DNA of 62,928 bases, the filler included, from Octopus bimaculoides (Eukaryota): NCBI RefSeq assembly GCF_001194135.2. It is 7 parts of 6 records of this genome, joined end to end, with 100 filler letters (N's around TTAATTAATTAA, not from the genome) between each part and the next. Parts side by side here need not be neighbours in the genome. Positions count along the whole stretch, not along the records: positions 1 to 20,934 come from NC_068992.1; 6 more parts are not named here. One strand, written 5' to 3'. The notes beneath the pieces were generated by a model. That model was not told the origin of the DNA and ran no database searches. It saw only the letters and a program-made list of their open reading frames with translations. The position numbers and the translations under genes were made by a program. Below, piece after piece: positions 1-12,520 of the stretch (positions within the stretch are counted from its first letter, which is position 1; the number at the start of each line of letters is the position of its first letter).

Positions 1-989
1 TATAGTGTGTGTATGCCTGTGCAATGTTTATATATTCTTGTGTAACACCACGCACATACATTAGCTGACTGAGTCACTACGATTTTTAAGGAAGAAAAAA
101 CTATTGAAAATCAGAATTAACAAGAATGTTTGAAGGATATAAAAGCCTAATGCTTTTGGAGTTCAGCAATAAGAATAAAAAAAAAAGAATATATGTGATA
201 TTTGGGTGTGTAAGTGTATATATGTGTAAGCGTATTACGTATGAATAATGCAGCGAGTCACATACGTTAAAGTACTTCAAAGTTAACGAACAAGAGATAA
301 TGTTGGTTATGGAATATTTATTCATTAGAGCCTGAAACATTTACTTAGATTTAATATATGGCAACGTAGGGGATCCTTTTAGATATCGGACTCATCTATT
401 TATTAATTTTGACTATAGAATTCTTTGAAATATAGAAAAATTCATTGTACACTCGAAATTAGAGCCCTTTATTCCTGGAAATATTTCACAATAGAATTAT
501 CAGAAACACGCTGAGTATAGAGTAAAAAAGTTTTGATTTATATTTTCTGTGAATCCTTGAAGTGAATTATTATTAAGGATATATATATACTCTTGAAGTA
601 GGTATTTTTGTGACATTTATAAAACTTCTACATGAAAATGTAATGGATTTTATGATTTAAAATGCTCTAACGGCTGTCTAAGGCTTTTGCATTATCATAT
701 GTATATATTTATAACTATTGATACGTAAATGTGTCTATGTATGTCTCATATAAAAGCATATCATTTAGGCAACTGTATATAGAGTCACATTAAATTTTAA
801 CTGGAATAAACATTATTATATCACAAGACTTCGCAGGGGAAGAATATCTGTTAATTACGATATACTTAAAATTTTTAACACGCGTATCTGATTACTATTG
901 GTTATCCTAGCGCTATCTAAGCGCTAATATACGTCGTCCACAAATCAGTTATTTACCTATAATAGCAGCACATTTGATTATGATTGCAA

Positions 990-1285
990 TACGTCGGTTA
1001 CGACGATGAAGGTTCCAGTTGATCCTCTCAAAGGAATAGCCTACTCGTCAAATTAACGTGTACCCTTAACATAATTCTCGGGGACATTCAGTGTGACACA
1101 GAGCGTGACAAGGCTCGTCCTTTGAAATACAGGTACAACAGAAACAGAATGAAAGAGTGAGAGAAAGTCACGTGGAACTTTAGGTGTTTTCGATCAATAA
1201 ACACTCACAACGCCCGGTCTGGGAATCGAAACCGCGATTCTGCGACCGCGAGTCCGCTGCCCTAAATATCGGGCCATTGCGCCTC
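990..1285 (-). mobile_element. tRNA-derived SINE, family A (resembles octopus OR-type SINEs)
   Basis: The reverse complement begins GAGGCGCAATGGCCCGATATTTAGGGCAGCGGACTCGCGGTCGCAGAATCGCGGTTTCGATTCCCAGACC (A/B-box tRNA-like head). It is collinear with the copies at 25645-26022 and 49338-49683. Confidence 0.85.
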
Positions 1286-1350
1286 GAGATTTGATTATAA
1301 TAGTACAGTCTTACAAAAATGTGATTTTGGATAACATCCGCAAAATACAA

Positions 1351-1510
1351 ATGTCCTTTCTAGTGCAGAGGCAAGGTCTTAGATTTAGGCTGAGGGGTGA
1401 TGTCACTTAGATAGACCTTACTGCTTAACTGGTACTTATTTTATAGACGCCGAAAAGATTAAGTGCAAAGTGAAACTTGCTGGAATTTTAGATCCGAACT
1501 TAAAGTAAGA
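1351..1510 (-). mobile_element. Decayed SINE, family C fragment
   Basis: Shares ACTGGTACTTATTTTAT...GAAAAGAT...AAAGT...GGAATTT with the copies at 40038-40262 and 52235-52400. Confidence 0.65.
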
Positions 1511-4346
1511 AGAAAGGCCGCTGATCATTTTGTCCGATATTATCATAATTCTGTCAGTCCGTCATTGGATGCTATATTCTGGTGATTCCGTCTTCTATCT
1601 TCTGCATATTATATTCCGATTTGTAATTTTGATTAATGTTAATAACTCAAAACAAAATGTTTCTACAATATTAAAATATAAGTACTCGATGTTCCAACAT
1701 TTATGCACGTCCCCAAATACACATTTCAAGATTAATAAGAACAAAAATGTCATTAACAACAATAATTAAGAATACAATAGTTGACGTTTTTACTGTCGTT
1801 CTGAGGATGACCGCTTCACATAAAATGGCTTAAAGGAGACAAAAAATGAACAATGATGATGGGTATATCATTTATAATGTATACAGGGACGCAGAACAGT
1901 TAACAAATAGTTAGAAATACCGCATGTTGGTCTAAAACTGGCGGTGGTACTGATTATATTATTCCATATGAAAACATTTAAATCGTGGAAGCTCTGGGCA
2001 AGTATGTAGTTTCAGATTCGCAGTGCAGGTATCCTGTACTATAAACGCGCGACGACCAATGCAACAGGTAGTTTAGAAAGCCGTTACTAATTGGACAGTC
2101 AAACACTCATGAGTAATTTATCACAACTGGCACGGCGGCTACATGACAATAACCCCAAGAGAATAAGCAAAAGAACACAATACCAGCGTATAACACTTTT
2201 TAATAGTTTATATCTATCATATCTATATCGTTATATCATAAAGCCAAAGTATAGCAATTATAGCCATTTCATAAACATTTTAATTCAGACATAATTGTTG
2301 TCGTTCGCGCCTACAGTGAAGACCTGCGACATTTTGCAAAAGCGTAAAAAGATTTTGTTTCGGGCGCATATCCCCTAAAATTTGAAGATTACATTTCCAA
2401 CAAGACCATTAAATCCTGCATGAAATATTCGTAGATTTTCTTTTTATTTGGAAAATATGGTTATGATAAAATATGACTAAAGACAGATTTTGAAGTTAGA
2501 TTGTGGAAACATAATTCAATGTAATAGTCACTTGTGTGTGCAGCACAATGAAAAAATAACGAAATACATTATACAAACCATCGATAAGCATAATAAAGTG
2601 GATTTTTTACATTGTTTTATCAGTCACATTTATAATAAAACTATCAAAATAAATTTCTCTCGCAATTTTAGATCCAATGCACACACTTGCTTAATGAACG
2701 AATTCAAATAGAGACAAGGTAGACCTTCAAAAGTATACTTGACTTCGCTAAAATGTTTTTCGGCGTATATTCCTTGATTGAGCATAATATTCTCAGACCA
2801 TCACGATCAGTTTGAAATACCGGAATACGTATATCATCTGTTAATGCATTTGACAATAATTAAGTCTTCAGTTCCCTTTCCAAAATTTATTTTATGCAAT
2901 GGGGTTAAGCATAACATTTCTGTTGCAAAATCTCCATAAATATAATAGGGCATTGGTGTACGCTTTCGCTTTCTTTCTTCTGCCTTATTTTCAGATGTTG
3001 TGAAATATTTAGCAAGAAATGCTATGTTCTTAACATTGAAACGTTCACTGAATGATGCCTTTATATTTTCAAAGCAGTATAAAGTAAATGTTCTATAGTA
3101 GATTTTATCTGTCGAAAAAGATGGGCTAGATATTCACGCATGTTGTATCATGTGTTGTGTGGAAGAGTATCCATATTTTTCCTATCGTGACAATACAATC
3201 ATAGTTGAGCTTGATTTTCTTATGAAGATTAGATGACACAGCTTTGTTTTTATTCTAGAGGTTTCATCAAATTTTCCTCAAAGTTGTTTTTAAATATGTC
3301 ATTTTGCTTGAAACTAAGTAGTGGATAAATTTTCGGGTATCCATCGCCAAGTAACCACTTAATTCTTATAGAAAATCAAAAGGCAAAGAAACAGACCCCT
3401 ATTGTGAATCGTCATAACAATTATACTTCCGTGTAACATTATTCTTACTTTCGAAGTAAAGTTTAATTATTTACATAACTGTACTTTGTTATAAACAAAT
3501 ATTTAATTATCTTACAAATAATTAATAGAAAGTTTGAATCCTTGATGTTTGGAAGAGTCCAAACTACGGAAGTAAATTTATTTCCTGACTATACGAGTTG
3601 AAGCATAGTTCCAAATAATTTGATAACTCCTCCCGTTCTAACAAAGCAACAACTTTTGTTTTTATTAGTCTCATGAATATGCTTCGATATAACTCGATGA
3701 GTTATATCAAGTTGGTGATCGACCTTTCGAATAATGACAATGTTTTGGGAAATATATGCCGTAAATATATTTGCATTTGTAATAGAGTGTGAATAATCTA
3801 TTACGTACACGTAAGATTAGTTATATTTTTGTCGCATATGTTTGTCGGTAAACTTAAGTAATTCGCATTTGAACCTGTTACTCTCCAGAATGTGTACTTG
3901 AACTGACTTCCCTGATCATTTTTGAGTGTGTCTTAGTAGAATATATTATTTACCCATTTACAATTCCATAATTCTATTTACACCGTTCGTTAAGATTATT
4001 TCAGAAATATCTGTTTTTCCTTTTTCGCTTATATCATGTATATTAATCTGCATATGTCGATTATTGAAGCGACGGTGTGGGAAATCTTTAAACAAATACA
4101 ATTTATTATATCCTAACTAGATAGTTTAAAATTTGATGTGTTAGCACTTACACAACTTCAGATGTATTACTGGTACAGTTGTATTTTTACAGTAGCTTAT
4201 ATTCATTTTTTATCTTTTTTATCTTCTCCTATAAATGTATATTTCTCCTAAACCCAACATAAATATATCATGACAAGTGTGTATAGCTATCGTACTAAAT
4301 TATTTTAAAAGGATAACATTGTGCTTTTGGTATTATCATTATCTTT

Positions 4347-4523
4347 GGCGCAAGCGTTTCTGTGAGGTAAGTAGCTTGCTTACAAACCACATAGTTCCGG
4401 GTTCAACCCCACTGCGTGTCACCTTCGGCAAGTATCTTCTACTGTAGTCTCGAGCCGACCAAACACTTGTGAGCGGATTTGGTAGACGGAAACTGAATGA
4501 CTGAAAGAACCCGTCGTATACAT

Positions 4524-4566
<43 letters not shown>

Positions 4567-4703
4567 NNNNNNNNNNNNNNNNNNNNNNNNNNNNNNNNNN
4601 NNNNNNNNNNNNNNNNNNNNNNNNNNNNNNNNNNNNNNNNNNNNNNNNNNNNNNNNNNNNNNNNNNNNNNNNNNNNNNNNNNNNNNTATATATGTATGTA
4701 TAT

Positions 4704-4740
<37 letters not shown>

Positions 4741-4951
4741 TCTGTGTGTCTGTGCTTGTCCCCCCTACCATCGCTTGACAAACAATGTCGGTGTGTTTAT
4801 GTACCTGTAACTGAGAAGTTCTGCAAAAGAGACCGATACAAAAAGTACTAGGCTTACAAAGAATAAGTCCTGGGATCATTTGTTCGACTAAAGGCGGTGC
4901 TCCAGCATGGCTGAAGTCAAAATGACTGAAAGCAATAAAAGAGTAAGAGTA
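4347..4951 (+). mobile_element. tRNA-derived SINE, family B, with internal (TA/TG)n microsatellite and gap
   Basis: Head GGCGCA..GGTAAGTAGCTTGCTTACAAACCACATAGTTCCGGGTTCAACCCCACTGCG; tail GACTAAAGGCGGTGCTCCAGCATGGC..AGTCAAAATGACTGAAA..AAAAGAGTAAGAG. Matches the copy at 38796-39172. Confidence 0.9.
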
Positions 4952-6385
4952 TCTTACTTTTACTAGCTGGTGAAGGCAACTCGACTCCTCCCATCGCCTT
5001 CTAAATATGAGGTTGTGGTGTTATGCAAACAACTGACTCCGTGATTTGCTACTATTGTAGCAATTTCTGTTGAATTTTTTTTTTTATTACCTTTTCAAAG
5101 AGTTTCTTTAAAGTACCTCTAAGCGATTAGGCGTTTGACAGCTGAGTCTTCTATTAGAAACACCTTTTCTTATAACATTTTATCTGCACCAGAAATGGCA
5201 TGCAGGTATGCTAAAGCTCTGATGTGTTCTGAAGTCATCAGATTCAGACCGTGCGGAACGGTGACCGTATTTTACGTCACTCCGAAATTCGTCATCTACC
5301 ATTTGGATAGCGTCATCTACCATTTGGATATAAGGTGATAGTCTGAGAGTCCATATATTTGTAATGACAACTTAGGACGCTAATGTGTCCTGCTACAGCA
5401 CTCATGTTAGTTATCTAATATAATGTTATAGTAATCCGTGGTCAGGTTTGTGGCGCTGAATCTGGTTCGATTTTAACCGCTTTTTGCGGACCAAATACAC
5501 TATTCCGCATGCCGTGTCTACATAGAATATAAAATACTATATAACAACCAGTAATTTCGCTAAATATAAGTTTTCCTTGAAGACATATGTGGGCAACTTC
5601 GTCCTTCACAAAATAATGTTTAGTCACCGTACTTGTACACTAAAATTTTCAACCAAAGACATACTCATATTTGTGATAAACTACTTTTTTCACACTACAA
5701 TTTTCATTGTCTGACTTGATTTGAGCGATATCTACAATACATCCCTTTCACATGTAATATTAGGGAACAGCTGCTAGAGAATCTTTGTTTGAAGACATGT
5801 TTCTGTTGCTGCTTGAGTTACTGTTGTTGTTGAGTCTATTGTTTTGCTTACAGCTCGCTGGTTTCTATCGTCTTTTTCTTTGTGCATATATTATATGCGT
5901 GTATATTATTTTCCAGTCCATTGTTCTTGTAAATATTGATAATCGTTGTAAATTACCTTTTCTGTTCAGCCAGTATGAATTCTTTTCTTTTGTGTGTGTT
6001 TCTTTGGTGAAGATATCCAATACCACGTATTCCTGCGTAACACTATTTGTACTTGAAGTGTCAAAAGAAAACAGAAATTTTATTTCAGTTATATGCATAA
6101 ACTACAGATTCTTTTCCGTGACAGTTTGTGGATTAGATTCTCTGTGCACAACCACTCGGCTCATCGCTGCTATGAGGATACACAGACGACATACTATATT
6201 CCACCATAACGGTGCAACAATAATAATTTTACAAGATATGCAAATTAAACGAGACGGACGTCCCTTGGTATACGTTGATGATGTAATCCTTGTTATAGTA
6301 TTTATTCAGGCGTTGATTCTTCCCCGAGAAAGTTTACGCTGTTACTAATAACTTATAGAATGCAAGACTGAAGATAACGCCGGTT

Positions 6386-6386
6386 G

Positions 6387-6419
<33 letters not shown>

Positions 6420-6586
6420 ATGATAATAATAATAATAAGAAGAAGAAGAAGAAGAAGAAGCAGAAGAAGAAGAAGAAGAAGAAGAAGAAGAAGAAGAAGA
6501 AAAAGAAGAAAGATGATGAAGATGATCATGATGATGGTTATGACGACGACGATGAGGAGGAGGAGGAGGAGGAGGAGGAGGAGGGT
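6386..6586. repeat. Compound trinucleotide microsatellite (CTA)n(ATA)n(AGA)n(GAT)n(GAG)n
   Basis: Seen directly; it explains the poly-L/I/R ORFs in the track. Confidence 0.95.
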
Positions 6587-7775
6587 ACTACAAGACAATG
6601 GTGCGTTATATTACCAACATCTTATTTTAACAATATCGAATGAATGGAAGCTAAAAGGAAACACGTTGAGATATTGAATAAGAAAGGTGGAAAGATCAGC
6701 TGTATAACATTTATTTGTTTGTATATGGTAAAATAAACAATCGATTATATCAGCGTTATCCAAACTTAGGATTTGCACTATTCCCACAACTACGATTTAA
6801 AATTGGAACGATGTTTGACCTAACCTAACGTGTTACAGCATAATATCATAATCTGCTCAACGCCCTGTCTATTTTTCAAACCACTAATATCTGATGCATA
6901 CCGATATATCGAAAATGACTTTCTCAACTTTATTATACTTCGTGTAATTTAAAGTTCTTGAAAGCTGCAACAAATGTATTTACAGTTTACCAAACACTTG
7001 CCTACTTAATGTGATTGTTTAAACCACTAGGGGGAATACAATCATTCATATTGTACGTAATTACCTTCTCCCACACGTTAATAAAAACTTTGCACAGCTC
7101 ATTAATATTCATACCTTTTTGCCTCAGTATTTCCCTTCATCTAAATTGTATTGTTGCTGAGATTGATGATTTAAAACGAAATTAATTTCCATCCTCATCA
7201 TTATTATAAATACCACCCTCATAGCACTAATGAAACTCTGAAGTGATAGATTTATTTTTATTATCAGGAAGTGTCGCATTGCCATTATTATCACAATCAT
7301 AATGAGAAAGATGTGTAGGGTGATGATGATCGTCAGCATCATCGTCAAAATTATTATAATCTACATCATTAATATTCTTTATCGCTATTCGTAATTCGAT
7401 TTCCGTACTGATCATCTAATACCATTTCATCATATTCAAATATGAACAATATATATTTACATAGTTTTAAGTGAATCTAATTAACAGCCCACTATGTATA
7501 TATGTATATATATATATATATATNNNNNNNNNNNNNNNNNNNNNNNNNNNNNNNNNNNNNNNNNNNNNNNNNNNNNNNNNNNNNNNNNNNNNNNNNNNNN
7601 NNNNNNNNNNNNNNNNNNNNNNNNNNNNNNNNNNNNNNNNNNNNNNNNNNNNNNNNNNNNNNNNNNNNNNNNNNNNNNNNNNNNNNNNNNNNNNNNNNNN
7701 NNNNNNNNNNNNNNNNNNNNNNNNNNNNNNNNNNNNNNNNNNNNNNNNNNNNNNNNNNNNNNNNNNNNNNNNNNN

Positions 7776-7905
7776 TTATCTTGTACTGGTTTCAGTCATT
7801 AGACTGCGGCCATGCTGGGGCACCACCTTAAGCAATTTTTTGTCGAATGAATCAACACCAGGTCCTATATTCGTAAGCACGCCTACACCGGTTGTCAAGT
7901 AGTGG
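7776..7905 (-). mobile_element. SINE family B, 3' half
   Basis: CTTGTACTGGTTTCAGTCATTAGACTGCGGCCATGCTGGGGCACCACCTT is the reverse complement of the family B tail. Confidence 0.85.
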
Positions 7906-9677
7906 TGGTAGTGGAGGACAAACACGAAAACAAACGTACACAGAAATACACGCAAGAACACACACACGCACGCACTCAGACACACACTCACACACACACA
8001 TACACACACACAATCATACACACTAACAATGCATATTTGAGGTGTGGAAAGAACATTGTTAGCATAAAATGCGTGCTTTGGTTGTAAAAGTTAGCAAAAT
8101 AAACAAGTGGCAAATGAAATATAGTTTCACTCACCAAAATTTCAAATACATGTAGTTATCCATTAATTATATCAGTTCAACATATCATAAGCTGATAGCA
8201 ACTCTCGCGAAAATGATTTCCACGCTAGGTATGATGCTTAGCCTATTTCGCTTAGTCATAGTGATACTAATAAGCTGGTGTTAGATCTCTGTGTACAAAA
8301 GCTTCTGACCCAAGTGTCGTTCGATTACAGAACAGTACTGAAAAATTAAAATGTCAAGGGAATAAATAAAATTATGTCATGAACTTGATTAGCCAATTAT
8401 TTGGTTTCTATTGCATTCTCCCTAAATGTTAAAACTAACGTGGATAAAAGATTCCTGCCTTTCGTAAATAGACATTTCCTAGAAAATCATAAATGCAGAA
8501 AGATCTTCAACAGACGCTCAATTAAATTATTATAGAACTGTTTTCCTGATATAACGAACATCATTACCTGCAACTACCAACAAAAGCCTAACACAGTTGT
8601 AACTATCGAGTCCCTTGTCCACTCGAGCAGGGCTGCAACGCGTTCTGCGAAGGCGACTTCAAAGCCGTTATGTTAATACCTAGCTTCTTTCTTGCTCATG
8701 GACAAAGTAAAGCCATTATGTTATTTAGCTACGTATCGTATTTGCAGACCAACTCCACTCCCGCTTGCAAACGAATGGAGAGTCGTAGACAAATCTATGC
8801 ATACATTAATAGATGAAAAAGAGTTATGCATAGTTGAATGACTTTACATTAACTTTAGATGCAAGTATTACAACGTACTGCTGAATTTTAGATCAAACAT
8901 TTTCAGCAATTGTAAACAAATATCCTTGTTTCTTTTGGTGAATTGGAGAGCACTAGCCACTTTGGATTGAGCGGCTCTATCGTTGATTCGACAATATCAC
9001 GCCTTAACTTCCTATGGTAATGAGGAGCATCACTCTAATTCCTTTTGTTTTTTCCTTTCATTTTCAGTTTCATTCTCCGGTTCAGGTTTTGAACCCACCT
9101 TCATCTCGTTCTCTTTTTCTCGTGATTTCTGTATCTTCCTGATTTGTAACCTGTATAGGCTATGTACCTAGAGGCTATATGTTCGATGTATGAAAATATT
9201 AGTACCACATAACCACATACTGTGTACATTTAGCAAAAATACGTATGCGTATAAGAAGGGATGAACACTAAGTGGACATTCATTATGCTCGAAATAGATC
9301 ACCGACGATCTAACCAGAAAGACATTGGTTCTGGAATATGTAGAGATAGATATATAGTAGTATAAAATCATAGACTTCTGTGCCTATATGCTGAAAATAG
9401 ACGCTAAATACGTCTAACCACTCCCAAATCATGACTTTATGATTAACAAATGCTGAAGATGAGGAAATAGACTGACAGAAATTCATCCATACATCAGATA
9501 ATTTTGGATTGAATAATTTATTAATTTATGGATTACTTTAATAACTTTTCCTTCATCAACAAAACGTACTGATCGAAATAAACGAAATATTTATACATAC
9601 TTACGAATAAATATCACAAATATATACATTCGAAGCGTATATACATATGTGTATGTATGCATATATACATACATACA

Positions 9678-9717
<40 letters not shown>

Positions 9718-10684
9718 NNNNNNNNNNNNNNNNNNNNNNNNNNNNNNNNNNNNNNNNNNNNNNNNNNNNNNNNNNNNNNNNNNNNNNNNNNNNNNNNNNN
9801 NNNNNNNNNNNNNNNNNNNNNNNNNNNNNNNNNNNNNNNNNNNNNNNNNNNNNNNNNNNNNNNNNNNNNNNNNNNNNNNNNNNNNNNNNNNNNNNNNNNN
9901 NNNNNNNNNNNNNNNNNNNNNNNNNNNNNNNNNNNNNNNNNNNNNNNNNNNNNNNNNNNNNNNNNNNNNNNNNNNNNNNNNNNNNNNNNNNNNNNNNNNN
10001 NNNNNNNNNNNNNNNNNNNNNNNNNNNNNNNNNNNNNNNNNNNNNNNNNNNNNNNNNNNNNNNNNNNNNNNNNNNNNNNNNNNNNNNNNNNNNNNNNNNN
10101 NNNNNNNNNNNNNNNNNNNNNNNNNNNNNNNNNNNNNNNNNNNNNNNNNNNNNNNNNNNNNNNNNNNNNNNNNNNNNNNNNNNNNNNNNNNNNNNNNNNN
10201 NNNNNNNNNNNNNNNNNNNNNNNNNNNNNNNNNNNNNNNNNNNNNNNNNNNNNNNNNNNNNNNNNNNNNNNNNNNNNNNNNNNNNNNNNNNNNNNNNNNN
10301 NNNNNNNNNNNNNNNNNNNNNNNNNNNNNNNNNNNNNNNNNNNNNNNNNNNNNNNNNNNNNNNNNNNNNNNNNNNNNNNNNNNNNNNNNNNNNNNNNNNN
10401 NNNNNNNNNNNNNNNNNNNNNNNNNNNNNNNNNNNNNNNNNNNNNNNNNNNNNNNNNNNNNNNNNNNNNNNNNAAGGTAATCATAGACAAAATATATACA
10501 TCTGCGTCTTATTCGCTCAGACGTGTGTATAAATGTATACTACTGATTTAATTCAAGATAGAGTACTTTAAAATTAATAATAGAGTTGAAAGAAATGTCA
10601 TGAAAGATGAAGACAAATGATGATAATAAACATCCCGACGGCGACGACCGCCCTTACAATGAAGGAGGACGATATAATTGATTT

Positions 10685-10696
10685 TGATGATGGTGG

Positions 10697-10733
<37 letters not shown>

Positions 10734-10972
10734 GATGATGATGATGATGAAGTTGATGATGCAATGACGATGATAATGATGATGTGAAAGTGATGATGAT
10801 GATGATGATGATGATAATGATGATGATGATGATAATGATAATAATGATGATGATGTTGATGATGTTGATGATGATGATGATGATGATAATGATGATGATG
10901 ATGATGATGATGATGATAATGATGTGAAAGTGATGATGATGATGATGATGATGATGTTGATGATGATGATGT

Positions 10973-11004
<32 letters not shown>

Positions 11005-11010
11005 TGAAAG

Positions 11011-11042
<32 letters not shown>

Positions 11043-11242
11043 ATGATGATGATGATGATGTTGATGATGATGATGATGATGATGATGATGTTGTTGATGG
11101 TGATGATGATGATGTGAAAGTGATGATGATGATGATGATGATAATGATGGTGGTGGTGGTGGTGATGATGAAGTAGATGATGATGATGATGATGATGATA
11201 ATGATGGTGGTGGTGATGATGATGAAGTAGATGATGATGATA

Positions 11243-11283
<41 letters not shown>

Positions 11284-11400
11284 GAAGTTGATTATGTGAC
11301 GATGATGATGATGATGATGATTGTGGTGGTGATAATGATGGTTTCGACGACGACTACGATTGATGATATCGACGATGATGATCGTGACCTAGGTGATAAT
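10685..11400. repeat. ~700-bp (GAT)n microsatellite with recurrent GATGTGAAAGT interruption
   Basis: Seen directly; the interruption occurs at about 10781, 10921, 11001 and 11111. Confidence 0.95.
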
Positions 11401-12384
11401 GATTATAATGAAACTGAAAATAATGCTGCCGAAAAAAAAAAAACTCCGTTAACCTGATGATGATAAGAATGATTAATAGTTGTTTAATAAGAATAATGAT
11501 GGTGACCATGTTGCAAATAACAAAAGGGAATTGAAAATGACGATGTTTAAAATGATGTTCTTTTGAATTATTCCTATCGTATTCTAACAAACTCTACTAC
11601 CAACACCATAATCAATATCTTCGCCATCATCACCAAGGTTATCATAAATATCAACAATTATATATTTGTAAATCGTTTTCAACGATTGTAATTTTTAAAT
11701 ATAATTTAATTTCAATCAGAAACATCTTTCAGATTTATTTTCTTCATGTGTGTTTTATTATTTATATCTTTCTCCTTTGTTATCATTTATTTATTTGTCT
11801 ATCTCATTTATAATATTTATGAAATTTGTGGTTACAAACAAATAAATATAGCCAAATCTTTAATTAATTTATAGTGAATGGAAATGAACTGTTTTGAATT
11901 CAATGGAAATTAATTATAACTAGATAACGGGATACAAAACCGTAGACATGTTATAGAAGTCTAGAAGGAAGCGGAGTATATTTCCTACTCATATTTGATT
12001 TTAAATGATGGTCAACCATGATTTCTATAAACAATGCAATTCATTTGATGGAGGTCTTTTACATAAAGCATCCTTTAAACTATATTCAATTTCTCATTTC
12101 AATTAAATTAGGTTAAATAGTTTTAAAAAATACTTGCACGTTATAGTTAAACATTTTGATGGTAAAATTCGTAATATATTTGACTTGGGAACCTGCGCGT
12201 GCGTACAAACACATGCACACACATAGGAAATATAACACTCACATACACCGCACACACACACACACACACGCACAAACCCCTACGCAGACACACAGGCACA
12301 CACACAGACGCACAGACACACAAACACACTGACACATGTATATACACGGCTGTCTATGTGAGCCTGTGTTTGTAGATAGATAAA

Positions 12385-12439
12385 TAGTTAGAGAAATAGA
12401 TAGCCAGATAGATAAATAAATAGATAGATAGTTAGATAG

Positions 12440-12494
<55 letters not shown>

Positions 12495-12520
12495 GAGAGA
12501 CGTAGACAGATAGATAGATG
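12385..12520. repeat. (GATA)n/(GA)n microsatellite
   Basis: Seen directly. Confidence 0.95.

Noticed and set aside
5785-6348. 187-aa plus-strand ORF starting with a hydrophobic, signal-like stretch
   Set aside because: It starts at TTG, has no recognisable domain, and its hydrophobicity follows from T-rich composition. It is more likely an antisense shadow or a chance ORF.
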